Source: an uncultured Alphaproteobacteria bacterium (GTDB lineage: Bacteria > Pseudomonadota > Alphaproteobacteria > Rhizobiales > Xanthobacteraceae). From it: 64,000 nt of DNA. The stretch's first letter is position 1; each line of letters starts with the position of its first letter. The stretch is from assembly GCA_963787675.1 (NCBI GenBank), contig CAWBDV010000019.1, positions 212,073 through 276,072 on the forward strand. The letters run 5' to 3'. Shown here in pieces: positions 29,655 through 39,491 of this stretch. Made by a program: the position numbers and the translations under genes. The notes below the pieces were generated by a model. That model was not told the DNA's origin and ran no database searches. It saw nothing but the letters and a program-made list of their open reading frames with translations.

Positions 29655-30449
29655 ATGGCGATCGATTTTCTCCGCAACAACGTGAAGGAGAAGCTCGCCC
29701 GCGACGAGGTAGTCGCGTCGATGACCGTGCGCCTCGTGCGCCAGCCGGAGATCGCCCAGATCGCGAAGACCGCCGGCTTCGACACCATCTACGTCGACAT
29801 GGAGCACTCCAGCGCCTCGATCGAAACGACGAGCCGGATCTGCATGGCGGCGCTCGCCGTCGGCATCGCGCCGTTCGTGCGCGTGCCGGCCAACACGCCC
29901 GAATACATCACGCGGGTGCTGGAGGGCGGCGCGCTCGGCGTGATCGCGCCGCATGTGGGCTCCGCCGACGAGGCCCGCGCCGTGGTGCAGGCGGCGAAAT
30001 TTCCGCCGCTCGGCGGGCGGTCGGTCGCGGGCGGACTTCCGCACCTGCATTTCCGCACTTTTCCCGTCAACGAGGCGTTCGCGGTGCTGAACGACGCCAC
30101 CACGGTGATGATCCAATTCGAGAACGCCGCCGCGCTCGGCAAAGCCGAGGAGATCGTCGCCGTCCCCGGCATCGACATGGTGATGATCGGCACCAACGAT
30201 CTTTTGTGCGACTGGGGCATTCCGGAGCAATACGAGCATCCGAAGGTACGCGAGGCCTATGCGACGACGATCGCCGCCTGTCGCAAGCACGGCAAGCACG
30301 TGGGCGTCGGCGGGCTCGCCACTCGACCGAAGCTCGTCGCGGACTTTGTCCGCATGGGCGCGCGTTACGTCTCGACCGGAACGGACCTCGCGTTCCTCAT
30401 GGGAGCCTGCGGCGAGCGCGCCAAGCAAGTGCGCGACATCGCGTTCTGA
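29655..30449 (+). CDS. HpcH/HpaI-family aldolase (class II 2-keto-3-deoxy/4-hydroxy-2-oxoacid aldolase)
   Basis: FDTIYVDMEHS, VRVP, GALGVIAPHV and MIQFEN..IDMVMIGTNDL motifs. Confidence 0.85.
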   Translation: MAIDFLRNNVKEKLARDEVVASMTVRLVRQPEIAQIAKTAGFDTIYVDMEHSSASIETTSRICMAALAVGIAPFVRVPANTPEYITRVLEGGALGVIAPHVGSADEARAVVQAAKFPPLGGRSVAGGLPHLHFRTFPVNEAFAVLNDATTVMIQFENAAALGKAEEIVAVPGIDMVMIGTNDLLCDWGIPEQYEHPKVREAYATTIAACRKHGKHVGVGGLATRPKLVADFVRMGARYVSTGTDLAFLMGACGERAKQVRDIAF

Positions 30450-30483
30450 CGGGCAGCTTCGATTGCTCGGCGAATCGTTGAGT

Positions 30484-31722
30484 TTATGACGTCTTCATTG
30501 TCCGTTGCGGCGAAGGCTGCTCGACAACCATGGCTGGCGCTGCAACCGCCTCGCGATGAATCCAATCGATCAGCTTGCGACCCAATTTCATGAATGGCGC
30601 CTCGATCAGCGCGAAGCTAATCGAGGCGGCAATGAACGTCACGATGACGAGAAGCGGATAATAGACCGCGAGCGCCAAACCGGCGCTGACCTTATCCAGC
30701 ATCGACGACAAAACGACGGTGACCGCGTCGAGCGTGGGTTCAAGCAAGGCAAAATGAAGGATGTACATGCTGAACGAGACCCGGCCGATGCGGGTCATGA
30801 CGCCGTTGACGAGAAGGGGCGTCGGCGATCGGTGCAGAAGCACGCAAAGAACGGCGGCGCAGGCGCCGAACCGCAACGAGGGTTCGAGCCAAGGGGTATT
30901 GACGAAGGGCAAGATCGTCACCATCGCGACAAAGAGCAGAGCGGCAAGCCAACTCTCCCAGGTTCGCGGTGTATTGTGGGATCGACCACGAGGCCTGTTG
31001 ATCAGCACGTCCGCTGCGAGAATTCCGAACAGAAACACCGGCAGCTGATTTGGAAAGCTCCAGTAGATCAGCGGTTGCCAGAGCGTCGCGGCGTAGGGCC
31101 AGCCCGCCGGCGGGACTGGCGCCAGCATCATGTAAGCAATCTGGACGACAATAACCGCCGCCGCTGTGACGATCCACATTCGCCTCATCGACCGCGAAAG
31201 TATGATCAGCGCCGGAAGCAGAAGATAGAACATCGCTTCCGCACCGATCGACCAGCCACCCGGCACGACACTGTTGGTGGCGGTCGGCCACCAGCCGTGC
31301 AGGAACAGCGCCGTCAGCCCGACATCGAGGCCACCGATGCCGTCCGGCGCGAACTCGCGCGCCCTCCAGCCGAACAACACCAAATAAAGTCCGATGCCGA
31401 AATAAAACATCGGCGCAATCCGAAAAAACCGCCGGATGAAAAAATCACGGACACCAGCAGTTCCGGCCGTGTGTCGAGCCTGCCAGCTCAACGTCAACGA
31501 CAGCGCGCTGACCACGAAGAACAACTGCACGCCGAGAATGCCGCTGGTGGCGATCTTAAAGATCGTTTGGTTCGGCACGAATATCCGATGAGTCATCAAG
31601 GCGCGCGGAAACTGCAGGGACTCGTAGGCCGTCGGTCCCAGCGTCGCGTGAACGAGAATGACCAGCAAAATGGCCCAGCCGCGCAGGGCGTCGATATACG
31701 CGAGTCTTCGCGGTTCGTTCAC
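30484..31722 (-). CDS. Membrane acyltransferase (acyltransferase_3 / OafA-like)
   Basis: YIDALRGWAILLVILVH start and about 10 TM segments. Confidence 0.85.
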   Translation of the reverse strand: MNEPRRLAYIDALRGWAILLVILVHATLGPTAYESLQFPRALMTHRIFVPNQTIFKIATSGILGVQLFFVVSALSLTLSWQARHTAGTAGVRDFFIRRFFRIAPMFYFGIGLYLVLFGWRAREFAPDGIGGLDVGLTALFLHGWWPTATNSVVPGGWSIGAEAMFYLLLPALIILSRSMRRMWIVTAAAVIVVQIAYMMLAPVPPAGWPYAATLWQPLIYWSFPNQLPVFLFGILAADVLINRPRGRSHNTPRTWESWLAALLFVAMVTILPFVNTPWLEPSLRFGACAAVLCVLLHRSPTPLLVNGVMTRIGRVSFSMYILHFALLEPTLDAVTVVLSSMLDKVSAGLALAVYYPLLVIVTFIAASISFALIEAPFMKLGRKLIDWIHREAVAAPAMVVEQPSPQRTMKTS

Positions 31723-31849
31723 GTTGGACCTCCCCGTCTCGGACGAGAGGTTAGGCGATCACGAACGGCGCATCCATAGGCCAGCACGCCATTCAACTAT
31801 CGGGAATTAGCGCAGGCCAGGAAGTCGCGCCGCGCAGTCGCGTTGGCTT

Positions 31850-32866
31850 TCAGGTGCCCCACCCGCTTGCGAGGCAAGCCCGCAAGCCGCTTTCCAACTC
31901 CGCGCGATCGAGATTGCGGCCGATAAAGACGAGCCGGCTGTTGGGACGAGCAGCGCCCCAAGGATTGGCCGGCCGCAGTTCGAACAGGCGATGAACGCCC
32001 TGAAGCACCCACCGCCGCGGATCGTCCTTGGCGGCCAGAATGCCCTTGAGGCGAAAAATCTCATCGCCGCGACGCTCCAGCAAATCCTTCAAGTGGTCTT
32101 CAAGACGCGCCTTGTCGAAGGCCTCATCGAACGTGAACGAGACCGAATCGAGCGACGGATCGTGCTGATGATCATGATCGTCGAGGAAATGCTCATCGCT
32201 TGCCATCGTCCGCGACAGGTCGAATGCGCCGATGCCAAGAATTTTTTCAAGATCAACCTTTGCGTAACTCGAACGAATGATCGATGCCGTGGCGTTGAGA
32301 CCGCGCATGCGAGTCTCGAGCGACTTGATCTTGCTGTCGTCGACGAGATCGATCTTGTTGATGATGATGCGGTCCGCCGCCATGATCTGATCGACCGCCT
32401 GATTGTCGATGCCGTCGAGGTTCGGGTCGTCGAGATGCGTATCGATGTGCTTGGCATCGATGAGCGTCACGATCCCGTCGAGATTCACTTGGCGCGCGAT
32501 GTCGTCGTCGATGAAGAAGGTGGCGGCGACCGGATTTGGGTCGGCGAGGCCGCTCGTTTCCACCAGAATGTGATCGAATTTCTCGCGCCGCTCCATGAGC
32601 TGGCCAAGGATGCGGATGAGGTCGGTGCGCACGCTGCCCACGCAGCAGATGCAGCCATTCGTCATCTCGAAGATCTCTTCCTCGGAGGTCAGCACGAGAT
32701 CGGAGTCGATGTTGATCTCGCCGAATTCGTTTTCGATCACCGCGATGCGATGGCCGTGCCGTTCGGTGAGAATATAATTAAGAAGTGTCGTTTTCCCCGA
32801 TCCGAGAAATCCGGACAGGATTGTCACTGGCACCGGCCGCGACGATTTCTGTTCACTCACGCTCAT
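31850..32866 (-). CDS. COG0523 (CobW/ZigA-like) G3E metallochaperone GTPase
   Basis: ATG at 32866. P-loop GFLGSGKTTLLN, CxCC motif (NGCICCV), and a His-rich stretch DDHDHQHD. Confidence 0.88.
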   Translation of the reverse strand: MSVSEQKSSRPVPVTILSGFLGSGKTTLLNYILTERHGHRIAVIENEFGEINIDSDLVLTSEEEIFEMTNGCICCVGSVRTDLIRILGQLMERREKFDHILVETSGLADPNPVAATFFIDDDIARQVNLDGIVTLIDAKHIDTHLDDPNLDGIDNQAVDQIMAADRIIINKIDLVDDSKIKSLETRMRGLNATASIIRSSYAKVDLEKILGIGAFDLSRTMASDEHFLDDHDHQHDPSLDSVSFTFDEAFDKARLEDHLKDLLERRGDEIFRLKGILAAKDDPRRWVLQGVHRLFELRPANPWGAARPNSRLVFIGRNLDRAELESGLRACLASGWGT

Positions 32867-32914
32867 GATCGCTCCATACAAGTACTTCGTTTCTAATAAA
32901 TCCGGGTCTTAACT

Positions 32915-33029
32915 GTCATCGCCCGGCTTGACCGGGCGATCCAGTAACCACTGCAAGACGATGGCGTGCGGCATTCCATCAGGCGATAGTCCGGTGGTTA
33001 CTGGATGCTCCGCTTTCGCGGAGCGTGAC
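32915..33029. repeat. REP/MITE-like element, family B (inverted copy of 8681..8799)
   Basis: gtcatcgcccggcttgaccgggcgatccagtaaccac ... ggtggttactggatgctccgctttcgcggagcgtgac. Confidence 0.8.
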
Positions 33030-33068
33030 GGCAAAAGGTCCGAAGCTCGGGCTTCGATTCATGTTCGT

Positions 33069-35363
33069 TTACGCTGCCCTCACCTTTTGCCCCGCGCCTT
33101 CGCGTTTCTCCCGCAGTGCGTCCAGCACCTGTTCGGGCGTGATCGGATAGTGCCGAAAGCGGATGCTGATTGCGTCGTACACCGCATTCGCGATGGCCGG
33201 CCCGATCGCGATGATCGGGTCTTCGCCGACCCCCTTCGCGCCGAACGGTCCGCCCGCGGACGGCGCCGTCTCCAGGATGATGGTGTGGATCGGCGGCATG
33301 TCCATCGACAGCGGCATCTTGTAGTCGACGAAGCTCGGGTTGAGCGAGCGGCCGTCGTTCGGATCGATGACGTAGTCCTCGGTCAGCGTATGACCGATGC
33401 CTTGCTGGATGCCGCCTTCGATCTGGCCTGCCGCCGCGACCGGATGAATGACGCGACCGATCTCGTGCACCGGTACCACTTTCACCACCTCGATCTGGCC
33501 GGTCTGGGTATCAACTTTCACCCGCACGAAATGCGCCGCGAACGAATAGGATTTCGTCGGATAATAGGTCGCCGTTCCGACGAGATGAGCGGCCGGTATG
33601 CCGAGGCGCGGCGCAATGGCGTCGCGCACGCTGAGCTTCATGCCCGGCACGCCTTTCACCGAAATCATGCCGTCGGCGACGACGAGATCGTCGGCTGCGG
33701 CTTCAAGCTGGTCGGCGGCGCGGCTCAAGAGCTGCTTCTTCACGTCCGCTGTCGCCATTTGCGCCGCACGACCGCCCATGAACGTGGTGTGGCTTGCGAA
33801 TGCGCCGATATCCCATGGCACGACGTCGGTGTCGCCATGAACCACGGCGACATCCTCGAACTTCACGCCAAGCTCCTCCGCGACGATCTGGGCGAGCGCC
33901 GTGTGCGCGCCGGTTCCGAGCCCCGCCGTTCCGGTCAAAAGCGTGACGGTGCCGTCCTCGTTCATTTTGACGATGGCGTTGCCCTGCTCCTTGATGCCGG
34001 GATAGGCGCTGCTGCCGTGCATCTCGCAGCCCATGCCCCAACCGTAACGGATGGGCCCCTGCGCCTCGCGCGCGCTGTTGCGGAGCTCATCCCATTTCAC
34101 TTCCGTCCGCCCGCGCCGGATGCAGTCTTCGAGGCCGTGTCCGGTGAGCGGATGGCCCGACGGCGCGATGTCGCCCTCGCGGACGGCGTTGCGCAATTTC
34201 AGTTCCGCCGGATCGATGCCCAGCCGCTCCGCCGCCTCGTCCATCTGAATGTCGAGGGCATAATAGGTCTGCACCACGCCATAGCCGCGAAACGCGCCGG
34301 CGATCGGCGTGTTGGTGTAGACGCCGCGCCCCTCGAGATGGACGTTCTCGCAGCGATAAAGCGACGTCAGCGCCGCGGTGCCGACTGCGGTCACGCCGGG
34401 GCTGTGCGACCCGTAGGCGCCGCCGTTGAACGTGACGCGCGCCTGCCGCGCGGTGATCGTGCCGTCCTTCTTGAAGCCTTGCTTTAACCAGACGGAGCCG
34501 GGATGGCGCGAGCGCCCGCTGAGAAACGTCTCCTTGCGGCTTAGCTCCAGCCGCACCGGCCGGCGCGTCTCCTTGGCGAGGAGAGCGCACAGAAACTCGT
34601 TCTGAAACAGATCCTGCTTGGCACCGAAGCCACCGCCCATGTGGTCGACCAAAACACGGACATGGTGCAGCGGCAGCCCGAGGACCTCGGCGAGGATTCC
34701 GCGCACCATGAATGCGGTCTGGGTCGAAATCCACACCGTGAGCTTGCCGGTCGCATCCCACTGGCAAACGCAGACATTGGGTTCCATGTAGGCCGGCGTC
34801 GGACGGCCCATCTCGTACTCGCCTTCGATGATGAGGTCGGCGTCAGCGAAACCGCGGCCGATGTCACCGCGCGTGACGACGAACGGGTCGATCACAAGGT
34901 TGCCCGGGTGCGTCTCATGAACGAGCGGCGCCCCGGGGCGTAACGCCTCTTCCACTGTGAGAACGGCCGGCAATGCCTCGTACTCGACTTCGATGAGGTC
35001 GAGTGCCTCTTCCACGATCTCCTCGCTGACGGCAGCGACCGCGGCGACACCATCGCCCCAGTAGCTGACCTTGTTATCGAGGATGTACTGGTCCTTGGTC
35101 ACCGACGCGGAGCGCGGGTGGGGCGATCCGTAGTGAAGGACGCGCGGCACGTTGTCGTGCGTGAGCACCGCCTTCACGCCGGCAAGCGCCAGCGCCTTCG
35201 TCGCATCGATGCGCGTGATCCGCGCGTGAGCGACGGCGCTGCGCTTGATCTTGGCGTGCAGCATGCCGGGCAGCGCGATATCGCCCGCATACCGCGCCTG
35301 GCCGGTCACCTTGCCCAAGGTGTCGACGCGCTTGACGCTGTAACCGACGACCGCGAAGTTCAT
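33069..35363 (-). CDS. Xanthine dehydrogenase-family molybdopterin-binding large subunit (cytoplasmic; substrate unknown)
   Basis: 764 aa with VTGQARYAGDI hammerhead, GGGFGAK, and AGAFRGYG active-site loop. Confidence 0.92.
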   Translation of the reverse strand: MNFAVVGYSVKRVDTLGKVTGQARYAGDIALPGMLHAKIKRSAVAHARITRIDATKALALAGVKAVLTHDNVPRVLHYGSPHPRSASVTKDQYILDNKVSYWGDGVAAVAAVSEEIVEEALDLIEVEYEALPAVLTVEEALRPGAPLVHETHPGNLVIDPFVVTRGDIGRGFADADLIIEGEYEMGRPTPAYMEPNVCVCQWDATGKLTVWISTQTAFMVRGILAEVLGLPLHHVRVLVDHMGGGFGAKQDLFQNEFLCALLAKETRRPVRLELSRKETFLSGRSRHPGSVWLKQGFKKDGTITARQARVTFNGGAYGSHSPGVTAVGTAALTSLYRCENVHLEGRGVYTNTPIAGAFRGYGVVQTYYALDIQMDEAAERLGIDPAELKLRNAVREGDIAPSGHPLTGHGLEDCIRRGRTEVKWDELRNSAREAQGPIRYGWGMGCEMHGSSAYPGIKEQGNAIVKMNEDGTVTLLTGTAGLGTGAHTALAQIVAEELGVKFEDVAVVHGDTDVVPWDIGAFASHTTFMGGRAAQMATADVKKQLLSRAADQLEAAADDLVVADGMISVKGVPGMKLSVRDAIAPRLGIPAAHLVGTATYYPTKSYSFAAHFVRVKVDTQTGQIEVVKVVPVHEIGRVIHPVAAAGQIEGGIQQGIGHTLTEDYVIDPNDGRSLNPSFVDYKMPLSMDMPPIHTIILETAPSAGGPFGAKGVGEDPIIAIGPAIANAVYDAISIRFRHYPITPEQVLDALREKREGAGQKVRAA

Positions 35364-35872
35364 CGCACACTCTCGGTTGCTTCAGTGGGTTTCTTTGCCC
35401 CCGCCGACAGCTCGCGCGCCGTCGCGAGGATCGCCTCGATGATCTTGGTATAGCCGGTGCAACGGCAAATATTTCCGGCAAGACCGAACCGGACCTCCTC
35501 CTCGGTCGGGTTCGGGTTCTCGTCGAGCAAGGCCTTTGCCATCACGATGATTCCCGGCGTGCAGAAGCCGCACTGCGAGCCGCCGTATTTCATCATGTTT
35601 TCCTGCAGTGGATGGAGCCGATCAGGCGCCAATTGGATGCCTTCGATCGTCACCACCTCGCAGCCTTTCGCCTCGACGGCGAGCACCAGGCACGAATTGA
35701 CCGGCTTGCCGTTGAGGATGACGGTGCAGGCGCCGCAGTCACCGACATCGCATCCCTTTTTGGTGCCGGGCAGCGCCGCTTCGTTGCGCAAAGCATCGAG
35801 CAGGCTGCGGTAGGGCTTGACCGCAAGCTCCTGCAACTCGCCGTTGATGGTGATCGGCACCACCTGCTTCAT
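35360..35872 (-). CDS. Mo-hydroxylase [2Fe-2S] small subunit (no Tat signal)
   Basis: CDVGDCGACTV and CGFCTPG..CRCTGY motifs; 4-nt overlaps with both neighbours. Confidence 0.92.
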   Translation of the reverse strand: MKQVVPITINGELQELAVKPYRSLLDALRNEAALPGTKKGCDVGDCGACTVILNGKPVNSCLVLAVEAKGCEVVTIEGIQLAPDRLHPLQENMMKYGGSQCGFCTPGIIVMAKALLDENPNPTEEEVRFGLAGNICRCTGYTKIIEAILATARELSAGAKKPTEATESVR

Positions 35873-36732
35873 TGGATCTGCTCCCGCGCCGCGGTGATCG
35901 TGCGCGATGTCAGCACCGCGGTCATCTCCCGTCGGTACGCGGCGCTGCCGCGAACATTGCTGATCGGTCGCGTGTCCTCCGCCGCGGCGCGTGCCGCCTG
36001 CTCGATCAGACTTGGATCGAGGGGGTGTCCCTCCAACATCGATTCGGCGCGCTTTGCCCGGATCGGGGTCGGCGCGACCGCCCCGAGCACGATGCGAATG
36101 GCGCGGCAGACATCGCCATCGAGTGTTAGAGAGACAGCAACACCGACGGTCGCGAGTTCCATCGCCTTGCGGCGGCCATGCTTGATATAGACGCTGGCCG
36201 AGTGCGGTGCTGAGGCCGGCACTTCAACCCCGGTTACGATTTCATCACGCCGCAACAGCGTCTTGCCCGGACCGATGAAGAAATCCTCCAGCATGATTCG
36301 TCGTCCGCCGGTGGGCCCGTGAACGGTCGCGCAGGCGCCATCAGCGATGAGCGGCGGCAAGGTGTCCGCCGACGGCGAGGCGCGGCAGATATTCCCGACA
36401 ACGGTCGCGCGATTGCGGACCTGAATCGAGCCGAGTTCGCTCACGGCCTGGGCCAAGCCGCGATAGTGCTTGCGCACCGCCGGCGAAATCTCGATCTCGC
36501 GTGCCGTCACGAGCGCGCCGAACCGCAATCCGGACGTTGGATCGAAGCGCAACTGGTCCATGCCCGGTATTTTTTTGATGTTGATGACATGGTCGGGCGA
36601 GCGAATGTGCTCCTTGATCTCGACCAGCAGATCGGTGCCGCCCGCGAGCACGCTGGCGGCGCCGTCGTGCTGTCCCAGCAGCGCGACCGCCTCATCAAGG
36701 CTATGCGGTTCGAAATAGTCGAAGCGCTTCAT
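35869..36732 (-). CDS. Mo-hydroxylase FAD-binding medium subunit (CoxM/CutM-like)
   Basis: AGGTDLLVEIK, VRNRATVGGNI-like motif (VRNRATVVGNICRASP), and a C-terminal CO_deh_flav_C-like domain. Confidence 0.9.
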   Translation of the reverse strand: MKRFDYFEPHSLDEAVALLGQHDGAASVLAGGTDLLVEIKEHIRSPDHVINIKKIPGMDQLRFDPTSGLRFGALVTAREIEISPAVRKHYRGLAQAVSELGSIQVRNRATVVGNICRASPSADTLPPLIADGACATVHGPTGGRRIMLEDFFIGPGKTLLRRDEIVTGVEVPASAPHSASVYIKHGRRKAMELATVGVAVSLTLDGDVCRAIRIVLGAVAPTPIRAKRAESMLEGHPLDPSLIEQAARAAAEDTRPISNVRGSAAYRREMTAVLTSRTITAAREQIQ

Positions 36733-36758
36733 GTTTACTCGCTGCCGAAGGCCCGCAT

Positions 36759-38147
36759 CTATTCAGCGGGCACCGGCTGGGCCGCCACCTTTTCGCGCGG
36801 CGGCAAGCCATTGAACAGCAGGTTCAACAGCACCGCCGTCAGCGTCCCGATCAGGACGCCACTCTGGAAGAAGCGGCCGACGCCCGCCGGCAGCTTCGAG
36901 AAGAATTGGTCCGACACCACCGGGATCATCGCCAGCGCCACGCTTACGGCGACGATGTAGAGGTTGCGTCGGTTCGTGGAAAAGTCCGCTCGCGCGAAAA
37001 TCTTGACGCCGGTGGCCGTGACCATGCCGAACATCACGATCGCCGCACCGCCGATGACGTAGCTCGGAATGGAGGCCGTGAGAAAGGCGAGCTTCGGGAA
37101 GCAGCCGAGCGCGACCAGGATCCCGCCACCCGCGGCAACGGCCCATCGGCTCACCACGCCCGTGATCTGAACAAGGCCCACGTTTTGCGCGAACGTGGTG
37201 TAGGTGAAAGTGTTGAAGATGCCGCCAATGATATTGCCGACGCCGTCGGCCCGCAGGCCTCGCGCAAGATCCTGTTCGGTGACTTGGCGACCGCCCATAT
37301 CGGCAACCGCGAGAAATTGACCGGTCAATTCGATCATCATCACGATCATCACCGCGCAAAGCGCGGCAATCGACCATGGCTCGAAGACCGGAAAGCCGAA
37401 ACGGAACGGCAAAACCAGCGTCAGCCAATCGGCGGACGCAACACCCTGGAAATCGACGCGGCCCAGCGCGACGGCCAGAACGAATCCGATGCCGATACCG
37501 AGGAGGACGGCGAGGTTTCCAAGAAACCCCTTGAGATAGCGCGTCATCAACAGGATCGAGAGCAACACGATCGCGGCAATCGCGAGATTTTCCGGAAGGC
37601 CATAGTTGGGATTGGGGGTGAGACCGTTCGGACCGCGGATGAACGGCTGACCGCCGGCGGCCCAGTCGATGCCGACCCGCATCAACGACAGGCCGATGAT
37701 CAACATCACGGTGCCCGTGACGACCGGCGGAAAGAACCGGACCCAGCGCCCGAAGAACGGCGCCGCCAAGAACGCGAATACGCCGGAGCCGATGACGGCG
37801 CCGAATACGCCCGGCATGCCCAATTCGGGAGTGTTTCCCGTCGCGATGATGCTTGGGACCGCCGTGAACGCGACGCCCATCACCATTGGCAGCCGAATGC
37901 CGATGTTGAAGAAGCCGACGCACTGAATGATGGTGACGATCCCGCAGACCAGAAGGTCCGCGCTCACCAGCATTGCGATCTGTTCCTTCGGCAAATGCAC
38001 GGCGCCACCGATAATCAACGGCACCGCCGCCGCGCCCGCATACATCGCCAGCACATGCTGGAGGCCGAGCACGAAGAGCCGCGGAACCGGAAGAACCTCA
38101 TCGATCGGATCGATCTTCGATGGCATAGGATCAACTCTTGGTTCCAT
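36759..38147 (-). CDS. NCS2-family nucleobase:cation symporter (xanthine/uracil permease-like), copy 1
   Basis: ATG at 38147 (GGGAG upstream). LGLQHVLAMYAG and FAQNVGLVQITGV signatures; about 13 TM segments. Confidence 0.88.
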   Translation of the reverse strand: MEPRVDPMPSKIDPIDEVLPVPRLFVLGLQHVLAMYAGAAAVPLIIGGAVHLPKEQIAMLVSADLLVCGIVTIIQCVGFFNIGIRLPMVMGVAFTAVPSIIATGNTPELGMPGVFGAVIGSGVFAFLAAPFFGRWVRFFPPVVTGTVMLIIGLSLMRVGIDWAAGGQPFIRGPNGLTPNPNYGLPENLAIAAIVLLSILLMTRYLKGFLGNLAVLLGIGIGFVLAVALGRVDFQGVASADWLTLVLPFRFGFPVFEPWSIAALCAVMIVMMIELTGQFLAVADMGGRQVTEQDLARGLRADGVGNIIGGIFNTFTYTTFAQNVGLVQITGVVSRWAVAAGGGILVALGCFPKLAFLTASIPSYVIGGAAIVMFGMVTATGVKIFARADFSTNRRNLYIVAVSVALAMIPVVSDQFFSKLPAGVGRFFQSGVLIGTLTAVLLNLLFNGLPPREKVAAQPVPAE

Positions 38148-38303
38148 GATCGTACTCCCGGTCAGCGTCCTCATCCCTGCTTGCCGCCGCAGCGGCTTTG
38201 TTGATGTCAATGAGCGGGCGGCAAGCGTCGAAACGACGAATCCGTGATCGGTCCTGAGCAACCCCCGGCCGCTTGCTACCGCGGCCGAGGAAATTCGCGT
38301 GCG

Positions 38304-39221
38304 TCAGACCGCCTCGGCCGCGACCTTGCCAGTCAGCCGGCTCTTGGCCTCTTCGACCGTCTTCGGCGGCTTGGTCGGCTTGATCCCGAGAAGCTTCGCG
38401 ACGTTATTGCCCATGAAATCCTCGAGCAAATCTTCGTCGAGGTTCATGCCTTGGGGCGGCGGGCTGCACAGCACTTCGAGTTCACGCAGCCACATGCCGG
38501 GCTCGTTCGGCGGCGAGTCGGTGCCGAACACGATCTTGTTGCGCGGCAGTTGCTTGGCGAACTCCACGATGCGCGACTGGAGGCACCAGCCCGATTCGAC
38601 ATAGACGTTGGGGGTGTCCATCGCCATCCAGAACGCCTCGAAGCAGTAGACGCCACCGGTCTGAATGCCGAAGTGACCGATGATGAAATTGACGTTCGGG
38701 AACTCACGGATGATCGGGTAGAACTGAGTCGGGATGCTGTACGGCCCGTCGCCGGTGTGGATCAGCACCACGACGCCGAGTTCATCGCACTTGCGCATCG
38801 CCGGCCGCAGCCAGTCGAGCGCGCGGTCGGGCCGGTACGAGTGCATGTTGGCGTGCAGCTTCAGCATCTTGAAGCCGTATTCCTTGACGTGAAACTCGAG
38901 CTCCGCGGCGCCGTTTTCCGGTCCAAAGCGCGGGTTGTAGGTGAAGTTGCCGATGAAGCGGTCGGGATACTTCTGCACCAACTCGACGATGTAGGACATG
39001 TAATCGCGGATGCCCTCGCGTCCGGTGCGATTGCCTTCGCGCCACGCCGTGTTGCCCGGCGGCGGTTGAATGAGGCCCATATCGATGCGGCGCGGCTTGC
39101 CGTTGATGTAGTACGGGCCGTCCATCAGCTTAAGCATCCGTTCGCCGTTGAACGGAGTCCCATCGTGTCGCCACGCCTCGTCGACGACGTTCGTGGGATG
39201 AAGGTGGGTGTCGATAATCAT
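38304..39221 (-). CDS. Amidohydrolase_2 (ACMSD/LigW/IDCase-type metal-dependent hydrolase or decarboxylase) family protein
   Basis: ATG at 39221 (AGGGAG upstream). MIIDTHLHP metal-binding HxH; later HTGDG, GHFG and FGTDSP motifs. Confidence 0.82.
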   Translation of the reverse strand: MIIDTHLHPTNVVDEAWRHDGTPFNGERMLKLMDGPYYINGKPRRIDMGLIQPPPGNTAWREGNRTGREGIRDYMSYIVELVQKYPDRFIGNFTYNPRFGPENGAAELEFHVKEYGFKMLKLHANMHSYRPDRALDWLRPAMRKCDELGVVVLIHTGDGPYSIPTQFYPIIREFPNVNFIIGHFGIQTGGVYCFEAFWMAMDTPNVYVESGWCLQSRIVEFAKQLPRNKIVFGTDSPPNEPGMWLRELEVLCSPPPQGMNLDEDLLEDFMGNNVAKLLGIKPTKPPKTVEEAKSRLTGKVAAEAV

Positions 39222-39491
39222 GGTTTGCTCCCTGCAAACGACGCAAATGACCGCGACGGAATGCGATCGCAATCCGGCCCACGGCCACGCTTCCTGACGA
39301 TATCCTGGATCAACGCCACGGCAGGCTCCGGTCCAAATCGCGACGGCACACAAATGCCTGTCAGCAATCTCCGACTGAAACGTCCCGGCGCTACGGTGAC
39401 GGTTCAGCTGACCGCTTCTACCGACCGCCGACCTCTACCAAACTCATTCCTGTCGCGCAAGCGCGATACTGCCGCATATTCTCTGGGCCGA